Source: a virus (Duplodnaviria > Heunggongvirae > Uroviricota > Caudoviricetes). Taken from it: 64,000 nucleotides of DNA. The DNA lies in IMG/VR virus record IMGVR_UViG_3300035042_000139. The stretch is one strand, 5' to 3'. This document shows positions 48,733 through 57,378 of this stretch, piece after piece (position 1 is the first letter of the stretch; every line of letters starts with the position of its first letter). Made by a program: the position numbers and the translations under genes. The notes below the pieces were generated by a model. The model searched no databases and was not told the DNA's origin. It saw only the letters and a list, made by a program, of their open reading frames with translations.

Positions 48733-48846
48733 TTATTGGAAATATCCGAACCTGAACGCTTTTCTTAAACTGTCTTCTTTTGCTTCTTCCACTCTGTCGT
48801 GGTAATCACTGCCGGCCAATAAAAATTCCTTGATTCTTTTAATCAT
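48733..48846 (-). CDS. 37-aa hypothetical peptide (absent from the track)
   Basis: RBS AAGGTG; MIKRIKEFLLAGSDYHDRVEEAKEDSLRKAFRFGYFQ. Confidence 0.5.
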   Translation of the reverse strand: MIKRIKEFLLAGSDYHDRVEEAKEDSLRKAFRFGYFQ

Positions 48847-49058
48847 AGCTTTACACCTTCTTATATTGTTATATTCTTATAATGTTTAATTTTAAAATTC
48901 TTAAATTCTTAAGTTCTTATCCATCACGATTAATAGAGTCTTTTTTAAATAAGACCAAAGGCTGAGGGCTCATACCCTCACCGCCCTATGGCCTTGTCTA
49001 CTTCCAAAAAACATCTGAAGCTTTATTCCTAAATTACAAACTTCAAAACTTCCTAGTT

Positions 49059-49973
49059 TCAAACATTCATATCAACCTTTAACCTGTAGCCGTCCTCATC
49101 TTCATCAAAAAGAGAATCAGTACTAAGATTGTTGCTGTCGTAATATGCCATAGTTTTTACATTCATGGTTTGACTTGCACTTCTCATGCCAGCACTTGTA
49201 GCTTCAAACTCAAGCATATTATCTTTAGGAATCGCAATCATATCTGAAAGCTCATCAAGGTTTTGATTCGCTCCCATATAAGTGAAGGTCCAATTTCCTT
49301 CTTCCTTTAATCCATCTATCTTTTTTCTTATATCCTCAAAACTGTAATCTAAAGAACAGTTCTCATTACCGTCTGAGATAATTATTACTAAAAATCTGTG
49401 TTTAAACCCATCATCAAAATCTCTTTTGTTAACTAAATCTAATGTATGCCCTACTGCATCAAGCATAGCTGTTGTTCCGCTTGGCTGATAATTGAGTTTA
49501 TTTCTTGGCTTAACTTCTCTTGCATCCTTTTCTACAAATTCAACATGTATATTGTTGTTAAATGTAGTAAAGGTAACCTTCGCATTCTTTTCTTTTTCGT
49601 TTATTGTTTCTAACTGCTCATTGAATGCATCACGAGCTTCTTTTTCAATTGAGGTCATTGAACCTGATTTATCGAGTATAAATAAAACATGTGTCTTTAA
49701 ATTAGAATCTTCCTTCTTTAACCAGACACCATCCTCGAATCGATATTCATCAGCTTTTAAGAAAAAATCCTCAGCCATGGTCACTGTGTGTGTTTGATAA
49801 CCAAAACCTCCAGCATCTTCTCTTCTGTACTCAGCAGTAATTTGAACTCCGCTTTTATCTTTCGAAATCTTTATTACCTTGCCTGGTTCATTTAAGCTAG
49901 AACCAAATGTCTTAGTCTTTTCTCCTTTTAATAGAACCTCATCACCGATTTCAAATTTCAAACTTAAACTCAT
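49059..49973 (-). CDS. von Willebrand factor A domain protein
   Basis: MIDAS motif DKSGS, GTTAMLDAVG, ISDGNEN. Confidence 0.85.
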   Translation of the reverse strand: MSLSLKFEIGDEVLLKGEKTKTFGSSLNEPGKVIKISKDKSGVQITAEYRREDAGGFGYQTHTVTMAEDFFLKADEYRFEDGVWLKKEDSNLKTHVLFILDKSGSMTSIEKEARDAFNEQLETINEKEKNAKVTFTTFNNNIHVEFVEKDAREVKPRNKLNYQPSGTTAMLDAVGHTLDLVNKRDFDDGFKHRFLVIIISDGNENCSLDYSFEDIRKKIDGLKEEGNWTFTYMGANQNLDELSDMIAIPKDNMLEFEATSAGMRSASQTMNVKTMAYYDSNNLSTDSLFDEDEDGYRLKVDMNV

Positions 49974-50237
49974 TTTTAATCCCCCTGTCTTACTTTTTTG
50001 CTTCTTTTATTCTTACCTTCATAGTAATTTAACAATATATATTCAAAAGCATAAGGGGGCAAGAATTGATATTTCAGCATTTTAATTTTGAAAATCAAAC
50101 CGAGTTTTAAAGGTGAAAGGTGAAGTCGGTTTAGTTTGATTAACTTTACTAAACAAGGTAGCCGTAGAAAAAGGTCACGCCAATGCCGCGGACCTTAATT
50201 ATAGCTTTTTTATTTAGTTTTGCCCCCTAAATCTTTT

Positions 50238-50945
50238 TTAAACTTTAATAAAATCATCTATTAAAACATCTATGTTATCAAAATCCCAGTATGGAATTCT
50301 GAGCAAGTCTATATTATTTTCTTTACAGTATTTATCTTTTATTTTGTCGTTTTCCTGTAGTAAATTAAAATACTTTTCTCCGCCCCAGCATTCAATTGGT
50401 TCAAAGTGTTGTTTTCCATCATACTCTATCATTTTAATATCTTCGTCGTTAATGAAAACTGCAAAATCAAATCTGAGTTTTTTATCTTTTTTACCTATGC
50501 AGTCTTCGAAAACAAATTCTTTTTCAAAATCATATTTGGCATCAGAAAGTTTTTTATATATCTTCCTTTCGCCATTTGATGCATTTAACATTGGGTGACC
50601 AGTTCCTTGATAAAGAAAATTTTCAAGTCTAACTTCAAATTTCCTATTATAATTACTGGATATAAAATCTCCGTTATATTTGAATGTGTATTTATATGCA
50701 ATACCTTTAGAACCATCTTTAGGCCCAGATACAAGTTCGTATTCGGGTCTTTCATTTTTGCAGAATTCTCTTATCTTTTCATCTGTCCAGTCAGTAAAAT
50801 TAGTATCAATGCCAAACTCTTTTAGTTTTTTACTAATATCTGTTTGTCTCATACCACACATCTTGCCGATAGACTTTTGGGACAAACCATCAACTTCATA
50901 AGCCTGCCTTAAGAAATCTTCTGTGGGCTCAAAATAGTATTCCAT
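50238..50945 (-). CDS. Homing-type endonuclease, HTH plus DUF559/Vsr-like nuclease
   Basis: LRFDF...IEYDGKQHF...NDKIKDKYCKEN...IPYW; N-terminal LSQKSIGKMCG HTH; ATG at 50945 is best spaced from AGGAGA. Confidence 0.75.
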   Translation of the reverse strand: MEYYFEPTEDFLRQAYEVDGLSQKSIGKMCGMRQTDISKKLKEFGIDTNFTDWTDEKIREFCKNERPEYELVSGPKDGSKGIAYKYTFKYNGDFISSNYNRKFEVRLENFLYQGTGHPMLNASNGERKIYKKLSDAKYDFEKEFVFEDCIGKKDKKLRFDFAVFINDEDIKMIEYDGKQHFEPIECWGGEKYFNLLQENDKIKDKYCKENNIDLLRIPYWDFDNIDVLIDDFIKV

Positions 50946-50987
50946 ATTTAACATCTCCTGTAATGTGATTTCCTGATGTATAAATAA

Positions 50988-51029
50988 GGCAGGCAGTCAG
51001 GATACTGCTTTTCGGGAGCTACCCTAGCC
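50988..51029 (-). promoter_or_regulatory. Structured 5' leader upstream of the endonuclease gene
   Basis: GGCTAGGGTAGCTCCCGAAAAGCAGTATCCTGACTGCCTGCC folds into an enclosing stem with two hairpins. Confidence 0.5.
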
Positions 51030-51224
51030 ATATTTTTTTGTTATAAAAAGGGCAAAACTTATCCCCTCTCGATTTACGGGTATAGAAAAACACCCCATTT
51101 GTTGCAGGTTCATGTTAATAGAATATGAGAGATAATCTGACATATCAGGCATTTAAAGTCTTTTATTCTGCTTTTTGTACCTACAATTAATATTAATAGT
51201 GGGTACAAAGGTTTTAAGCTTACA

Positions 51225-52011
51225 AACTTCACACCTTCCTGTGAATTTAAGATTATATGACGGTGATGACGCTTGTGACGGTGGATTTTATATTTTCTAA
51301 TGACGCAATGACGCGATGACGGCATTATATTTGATTTTAAATTATAAGCCTTACTTTAACCTTACTTTACTGCTCATCCTCTAGTAAGGTGGCTCCTTCC
51401 CTAAATAGCGGGCGGGAGAGCTATTTTCTTACTAATCTTACCGCAAATTTAAATGTTTATAATATATATCATAATAACTGGCTGGTATCTAAAAAAACGG
51501 TAAGGTCGGTAAGGTTTTGGCTATAAGCTCTGTCATGACAGTAAGGAGACGTCTTACCGCAAAGAGTAAGATTCTTACTCTTAAAAGTAAGGTTTTTGCA
51601 TTTAAAACCTAAAACCCTCCATCACGAAAAAGTATGTCTGACCTTTTAATGCTAAAGCACCGTCATCACCGTCATCACCGTCACAAAGTTTTTTGTCATG
51701 ATAGACGATTTTAAGATTTAATAACTAAAACCTCACGCTTAACTGTTATTTCTCACACTCAACTGTGAGCTTTAGATGACTGAAGTAACAGGGTTTTTGG
51801 CAGTTTCTCACACTTCTCACACTTAAAATTAACTTCATGCTAAATAAATTATCATATATACTCTGAAGTTAAGAATAGCTGTGAGGTGAGTTAATTTAAA
51901 TTAAAATTAGAAACAACGCCGTCATCGCGTCATCGCGTCATTACAATAACAAAAGTTCTTTTTCGTGATAGACAGGGTTGTGAAGTAAGGAAGGTGTGAA
52001 GTTATGAAGTT
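51225..52011. repeat. Repeat mosaic with nested inverted repeats, candidate partition centromere (parS/parC)
   Basis: Four TGACG/CGTCA triplets, at least 11 CTTAC/GTAAG, about 7 CTCAC/GTGAG and several CTTCA/TGAAG; IRs 51225-51240/51988-52003 and 51298-51323/51918-51943. Confidence 0.75.
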
Positions 52012-52030
52012 AAGATTATAAAAATAAAGA

Positions 52031-52059
52031 TTGCTTACAAACTAAAAATATGGTAATAT
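52031..52059 (+). promoter_or_regulatory. Sigma-A-like promoter of parA
   Basis: TTGCTT-17 nt-TAATAT with extended -10 TG. Confidence 0.55.
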
Positions 52060-52097
52060 AAGGTCAAAGAAAACTAAAAAGGGGTGAATATAAGAAT

Positions 52098-52901
52098 ATG
52101 AATCGCACTAGGATAATTTCAATCTGTAATGAAAAGGGTGGAGTTGGAAAGACTACTACTGCTATTAACTTAGCTTACGGGCTTGCTAACAGGGGTAAAA
52201 AGGTACTTCTTATTGACTTTGACCCACAGGCTAACTCAACAACTGGGCTTGGATTCTACGATACTGTGAGCCCTAATCTGTACGAGGTTATTAAAAGTGA
52301 TAAGGATATAAGTGATGTAATCTATGAGACTGAGTTTGAAAACTTAGATTTGGTTCCTGCCGACAAGGAGTTAAAAGAACTTATAATTAAACTCAACTCC
52401 CAGGGTATAGGTAGAGAGTTTGCTCTGGCTAAATCCATGGTTCGTGATGGAGGAAGTAAATTATCAACTTATGATTTTATCTTTATTGATAACAATCCGA
52501 GTTTAGGAGTATTGGCCGTTAATTCGATGGCTGTTAGTGACTATGTTTTAATCCCGCTTGAGGCTTCAGCCTTTTCTGCCGAAGGTTTAAATGGTTTAAT
52601 TGAGGTTATTAGAGATGTGCAGTCTATTAATGATAAGCTAAAAATATTGGGGCTTGTGTTTTTAATGGTTTCAAAAAGGGAGAATTTAGAGGAATCTTTT
52701 AGAGAGGGCTTTGAAAGCATTGCTGATTCTATCTTTAAAACATCAATCAGGAGAAGTGTTGCTGTCCACCGTTCTCAGGGTGCTGGTGAGCCGCTTTTAG
52801 AATATGATGATACCGCAATTGCTGCCGTTGACTTTGAGGACTTTACAAATGAATTCTTAGAACGTATCGAAAATATCGAAAAAGAAGCGGAGGTTGTTTA
52901 A
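52098..52901 (+). CDS. parA: ParA/Soj family partition ATPase
   Basis: Deviant Walker A KGGVGKTT, LIDFDPQAN, DFIFIDNNP; no N-terminal HTH. Confidence 0.93.
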   Translation: MNRTRIISICNEKGGVGKTTTAINLAYGLANRGKKVLLIDFDPQANSTTGLGFYDTVSPNLYEVIKSDKDISDVIYETEFENLDLVPADKELKELIIKLNSQGIGREFALAKSMVRDGGSKLSTYDFIFIDNNPSLGVLAVNSMAVSDYVLIPLEASAFSAEGLNGLIEVIRDVQSINDKLKILGLVFLMVSKRENLEESFREGFESIADSIFKTSIRRSVAVHRSQGAGEPLLEYDDTAIAAVDFEDFTNEFLERIENIEKEAEVV

Positions 52902-52902
52902 G

Positions 52903-53247
52903 ATGGCAAATGATAAAAAGGATTTTAATGAAGGTAGAATGAAAGATATTATGAGTAACTCTGAAGATATCTTGAATCCGAAAAAGAGTGAGAAAAACGA
53001 AACAAATAAAGAAAATAAAAATAATTTGAAGTCTAAAAATATTGACTTCGGCCCTTATAATGACCTGGTGTATACTGAAGACTTTGAAAAAGAAATTAGA
53101 AGAACTTATAAAATAACTAAAAAGCATATTAATATCCTAAACTTAATTAAAATGAAATCAGAGAATGAACTTGATTTAAGAGAAGCTGTCATGGAAGCGA
53201 TTGAGCTTTTATGGAAGGTTAAGTTTGAAACAGAAGCTAAAAGCTAA
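52903..53247 (+). CDS. Small type Ib ParB-like adaptor with C-terminal ribbon-helix-helix
   Basis: Coupled to parA; disordered N-terminus, then RRTYKITKKHINILNLI...LREAVMEAIELL; ATG at 52903 after GGAGG. Confidence 0.65.
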   Translation: MANDKKDFNEGRMKDIMSNSEDILNPKKSEKNETNKENKNNLKSKNIDFGPYNDLVYTEDFEKEIRRTYKITKKHINILNLIKMKSENELDLREAVMEAIELLWKVKFETEAKS

Positions 53248-53321
53248 AGTTCGTCCATCACGAGAAAAGATGGTTTGGGATTTTTGACCCCTGCCGTTTA
53301 AAATTTAATATATAATTTTTG

Positions 53322-53348
53322 AGGTCGCCTTAATTGGCGGCCTTTTTT
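53322..53348 (+). terminator. Terminator of the par operon
   Basis: AGGTCGCC/GGCGGCCT stem plus T run. Confidence 0.8.
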
Positions 53349-53389
53349 GTTTGTATATATCTAGCCCCACCCCCTTTGGTAATTAAAGG

Positions 53390-53470
53390 AATTTACCCCC
53401 CTGGGTTGCTGGTTAGTTGGTGAGTTGAAAAAATTTACCCCCCTGGGTCGTTGGTTAGTTGGTGAGTTGA
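53390..53470. repeat. Two 39-bp direct repeats, 42-bp period
   Basis: AATTTACCCCCCTGGGT(TGC/CGT)TGGTTAGTTGGTGAGTTGA at 53390 and 53432. Confidence 0.9.
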
Positions 53471-53589
53471 GTGCAACTATTATGATTAATAAGGGTTTGT
53501 GAATCTTTCGGAGCCCGACCCCTTAACTATGCTACACCATAAAGGGTAGACCAAGTTAGCAAGGGTAAAATTAAGGAGATGTTTATATT

Positions 53590-53751
53590 ATGACAGATTT
53601 AACAAAGGCAATTATTAAAAAGGACATTGCTGAGCTGGAGGATGCTATTCATGAAGTCTATCTTAGTGGTGCAGATGTAACAGATGAGGGTAGTAAAGAG
53701 ATAGCAAGATTAGAAGAATCAATAAGAGAACTAGAAGCTTTATTAGAATAA
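53590..53751 (+). CDS. 53-aa acidic hypothetical protein (absent from the track)
   Basis: RBS TAAGGAGA; MTDLTKAIIKKDIAELEDAIHEV...LEALLE. Confidence 0.65.
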   Translation: MTDLTKAIIKKDIAELEDAIHEVYLSGADVTDEGSKEIARLEESIRELEALLE

Positions 53752-53920
53752 ATGGGGGTTAGATACTTTAAAGAACTTCCATTTGTTTAAATTAAGACTA
53801 ATGGAGCTCATCTATAACTAGGTGGGCTCTAATGAGTTTTAATTAACTCTAGCCTGTATTATGCCTGACTCTTAGAGCAGGAACAAGTTAATGCAGACAA
53901 AAATTAAGGAGATGTTTTAA

Positions 53921-54088
53921 ATGTTAAAGATTAATGAGGTATTAGCACTAATGGACTTTTTGGAGAAAGAACCTAAGAATGAGTTTTTAAGATTAGAAAT
54001 TGAGGCATGGTTAGATTATATGTCTGCTTTTGCTGATGTATGGTCATTAGAGGCTAGATATGCAGCAATTATAAAGGAGGTGAAATAG
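53921..54088 (+). CDS. 55-aa hypothetical protein (absent from the track)
   Basis: RBS TAAGGAGA; MLKINEVLALMDFLEK...AAIIKEVK. Confidence 0.65.
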   Translation: MLKINEVLALMDFLEKEPKNEFLRLEIEAWLDYMSAFADVWSLEARYAAIIKEVK

Positions 54089-54181
54089 ATGACTAAATTA
54101 AAGCTATTTGTTGGCTCTGCTCTTGTTGTTGGTACTCTTAATGCTGTATGGACTAGTCTTATTGTAATCGCAAACATATAA
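54089..54181 (+). CDS. 30-aa single-pass membrane peptide (absent from the track)
   Basis: RBS AGGAGGTG; MTKLKLFVGSALVVGTLNAVWTSLIVIANI. Confidence 0.6.
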   Translation: MTKLKLFVGSALVVGTLNAVWTSLIVIANI

Positions 54182-54196
54182 AAAGGAGTGGTAAAT

Positions 54197-54490
54197 ATGA
54201 AAAAATTAATTATTATTATGTTGTTAGCAGGTATGTTCTTTGGTGTTATTGGTGGAGCTATGAACAGTTGGGCAAAAGATGTAAATCAGTCAGTTGAGGA
54301 TTATGAGACATATGAGTACACAGTGCGTTCAGGAGATACCTTGAATGGTATTGTGTATCGAGAGTATTCAGAACATTCTGGATATGATGTAAGAGAAGTA
54401 GTGTGGGAGATACGTAATGTATATAATGATGAGCTTGATGCAATGCTTAGTGTTGGCCAGACAATAAATCTACCAAAGGAGTTGAATTAA
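54197..54490 (+). CDS. Membrane-anchored LysM protein, YneA-like
   Basis: N-terminal TM segment, then YTVRSGDTLNGIV...LSVGQTINLP. Confidence 0.8.
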   Translation: MKKLIIIMLLAGMFFGVIGGAMNSWAKDVNQSVEDYETYEYTVRSGDTLNGIVYREYSEHSGYDVREVVWEIRNVYNDELDAMLSVGQTINLPKELN

Positions 54491-54814
54491 ATGTATAAAC
54501 TTAAACATTTCTTAGCTGGTGAAGAGTTAGACCATGAGTTCTGTACAGTAGGGTTTAGTAACGGTTCTATCAACAATATGAAAGGCATAGATGAGGACCA
54601 GATACTGGATACACTGTGTCATAAGGGTGACAAAGTGATTCAGTTTGACAGGTTTGCTATTGTTAATAAGGCCACTCAGAGCTATGCCGTATGCAGTATC
54701 AGGGATAATATATCAGGCCTCGGCTATTTTGTCAAGGTCTATTTCATAGGTAATATCAAGAAGAATGGGCCAACAAGGGGGATTAAGCATGAAGCTATAT
54801 TCTTTTGTGACTAA
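54491..54814 (+). CDS. Hypothetical protein
   Basis: 107-aa ORF coupled to the LysM gene. Confidence 0.6.
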   Translation: MYKLKHFLAGEELDHEFCTVGFSNGSINNMKGIDEDQILDTLCHKGDKVIQFDRFAIVNKATQSYAVCSIRDNISGLGYFVKVYFIGNIKKNGPTRGIKHEAIFFCD

Positions 54815-54961
54815 GCTACTATGTTGGTGTGAAGGTATATTCTTAGAATGGTGTAATGGTGAGAGCAGACATTGGTAGCGTCCTATGGTCCTGAGCACGA
54901 CCTTAAAAGGCTCAAACTCTACCTGAATTTTAGGAGAGTAAATTTTAAGGAGATGATAGAT

Positions 54962-55369
54962 ATGAAAAACGAAACTCTTTTTCCACAAAACAGAACAGAA
55001 GAGGATATTAGAAATCAATACATGCACTTTGCAGCAGAATTTGCAATGTGTCAACTTCTCTCTAAAGATACATCTCATGCAGGAAACTGGATGTATGACT
55101 TAGAGAAAAATTATGGCGAAATTTCTTTTACTATAGACGATGTTAGGAGGGCTATTTCTGAAGCCGAAGAGAGATATGAGTATTACTCAGAAATGATAAA
55201 GCAAAAGGAGGAGAGGGAAAGAAAAGCTGCTCCAAAAACTTATGAGCAGATACTGAACGAAATAGATGACCCCTGCCCGAGCTTAGAGTATGAACTACAA
55301 AGCAACGAGAGGAATGCTATAGATAATCTGTCGGTTCTCTTAACAAAAATGAAAAAGGAGATGAAGTAA
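54962..55369 (+). CDS. Hypothetical protein
   Basis: ATG at 54962 after TAAGGAGA. Confidence 0.65.
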   Translation: MKNETLFPQNRTEEDIRNQYMHFAAEFAMCQLLSKDTSHAGNWMYDLEKNYGEISFTIDDVRRAISEAEERYEYYSEMIKQKEERERKAAPKTYEQILNEIDDPCPSLEYELQSNERNAIDNLSVLLTKMKKEMK

Positions 55370-55950
55370 TGAAGAATATATTAATGTTTGAAGATGACAA
55401 AAGAGTTATGGATATGGTGGAAGAAGCTAATAGTATTGGGGCTGCTGTAATTTACAACGACGTAGAGGCCCTTATAGACTATCAGAAAAATCTTGAAATT
55501 TCTTCTCTTGCTGAGGTAAGGGATAAATTTCTGAAAGAAGATAAAACATTCGGGATGATGAACACAAAGGTTAGCGAGGATAAGAGAAGCCTTAGTCATC
55601 AGTTTGTGTTTGTAACATCAAGAAAAGACCAGAAAGAATACTCTATAATTACTATGGCTCATGAGATTGGTCATTTGCTGGACCTAAATAGAAGGGGTGA
55701 TGAATTCTTAGCTTACCATATCTCGACTCCACAATTTGAAATCGAGATAAATGCCTGGAAAGAAGGGTTTAAGTTACTAAAAAGAAAGGGGGTGAGGTTA
55801 AATCTAAGCCTTAACGAAATACTAATGGACTTTTTAACTTCAATAGATACTTACAGTCTTGAATTTAGCAATGACTATGAAGAACTTTTAAAATCTGAGG
55901 TTGCAGAATTAATAAAGGACTACTACAAGGAGGTAGTTATTAATGGCTAA
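55369..55950 (+). CDS. ImmA/IrrE-like zinc metallopeptidase
   Basis: TMAHEIGHLLD (HExxH) followed by FEIEINAW. Confidence 0.65.
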   Translation: MKNILMFEDDKRVMDMVEEANSIGAAVIYNDVEALIDYQKNLEISSLAEVRDKFLKEDKTFGMMNTKVSEDKRSLSHQFVFVTSRKDQKEYSIITMAHEIGHLLDLNRRGDEFLAYHISTPQFEIEINAWKEGFKLLKRKGVRLNLSLNEILMDFLTSIDTYSLEFSNDYEELLKSEVAELIKDYYKEVVING

Positions 55951-57076
55951 AAATATTCAGAATCTTCAAAAAGAAAACGACAATGCTGTAAAGTCTTTTA
56001 ATAATAAAAAGGAGGAGTTAAATATGAAAAATGTTAAGGTTAGATTTTTAGAGGGTTTTGAGGCAGAGGTACTTGGAATTAACACAGAATACAAAAAGGG
56101 CGATGAAGAGGATATGAAGTTAAGAGAGGATGGAGATGTTCAATTAGTTCTGGGAGATGAAGTATTCTTCTTTACTCCTGGTGAAGATGTGAAAGTTTTA
56201 GAGTCTGAAGAAAATGCTGATGTTGATGAGTCTAAAAATAATAAGGAGGAAAATAAAATGAAAGAAATTAATGCAAGTATCGAGAAACTGGAAGCTCTTA
56301 ACAATGGTGAGGTTATTGCACTTATGAAAGAGGGTATTGAGTTTGTCAATCAGGAGACATATGAAGCTGTTGTTTCCGTTATCGGTAGTGACAGACTATT
56401 AGAGGTACTTGAATCATATGTACCAGAAGAAAAGGAGGTGGAAAATAAGATGGAGATTACAAGTAAGGAATATGTTGAGAAGTCAGAGTATAAGATTGAG
56501 CTATCTGAAGTTGGATTCATGACTAACAGAGAGGCTATTAACCTTGGTCTTAAGGGAATTAAGTATTTAACTCCCGAAAACTTAGACGATGTAGTAGAGG
56601 TAATAGGAGATAAAGCACACAAATTACTGCCTAATCCTAAGAAATATGTAGAGTATGCTAAAGAAGGTACTCCATTCTGCTTAATTATTAACAATATGCA
56701 TGAGAAAGTTGGTGCAGTTGAGTGGAATTTCTTATCAATTACAGAAGCATCTGAAGCCAAATTAGATAAATTCAAAGCTTTAGAGTCTATTGATGGTATC
56801 GACTACCTTGGAAAACTTAAAGGTAAATCTTCAAAGAAAGAATGGGAGGTTGATTTCATGGTAGAGGTAGATGGACAAATTAGCTTCTTTAATTCTAAGT
56901 TTAATGTTGGTAAATCCAGAGTCCGGGCCAGCGTTAGAAAGCTAAGAACTATTGTTGCAGAAGCTCAGTCAAGATTAATGCAAGCTGAGGCTGAAGCACT
57001 TAGTGATGCTAGCTTTGATAAATTAGAAGCTGAAATTAATAAAGAGGCTGAAGTAGAGGAGACTGTAAATGCATAG
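55943..57076 (+). CDS. Acidic hypothetical protein with an internal repeat
   Basis: 377 aa; two copies of a G-I-x-F/Y...VV-x-VIG module. Confidence 0.7.
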   Translation: MAKNIQNLQKENDNAVKSFNNKKEELNMKNVKVRFLEGFEAEVLGINTEYKKGDEEDMKLREDGDVQLVLGDEVFFFTPGEDVKVLESEENADVDESKNNKEENKMKEINASIEKLEALNNGEVIALMKEGIEFVNQETYEAVVSVIGSDRLLEVLESYVPEEKEVENKMEITSKEYVEKSEYKIELSEVGFMTNREAINLGLKGIKYLTPENLDDVVEVIGDKAHKLLPNPKKYVEYAKEGTPFCLIINNMHEKVGAVEWNFLSITEASEAKLDKFKALESIDGIDYLGKLKGKSSKKEWEVDFMVEVDGQISFFNSKFNVGKSRVRASVRKLRTIVAEAQSRLMQAEAEALSDASFDKLEAEINKEAEVEETVNA

Positions 57077-57112
57077 TGTTATCCGGACACATTGGCATTT
57101 ATTTATAGATGG

Positions 57113-57142
57113 AGCTGGTGCTAGCCTTCGGCACCGGCTTTT
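57113..57142 (+). terminator. Intrinsic terminator
   Basis: AGCTGGTGC/GCACCGGCT stem plus TTTT. Confidence 0.7.
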
Positions 57143-57378
57143 AAGTACTCCCTCTAACGTTCAGCCTTCGGCACCAGCTTTAACAGCACCTGACCGAAAA
57201 ACAAACGGACCAGAGTGATGCAAAGCTGCTAAGTAGTGGACAGGGTGAGAGGAAATTAAGCTAGCAAAATTGGAGATTTATTTAGCTTAAACGAACCAAT
57301 CACCCTACCCATTACTATTTTATCATTTTTAAAGTAATAGTCAATACTGCACACAAAGACTTAACAAATAAAAAGGAG

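Noticed and set aside
49059-49973. vWA protein as a novel system
   Set aside because: Common accessory gene in large phages; no MoxR ATPase partner in the window
57205-57250. GATGCAAAGC...CTAAG resembling a c-di-GMP-I (GEMM) riboswitch
   Set aside because: The upstream GGCAAA/GNRA stem and the P2 pairing are absent
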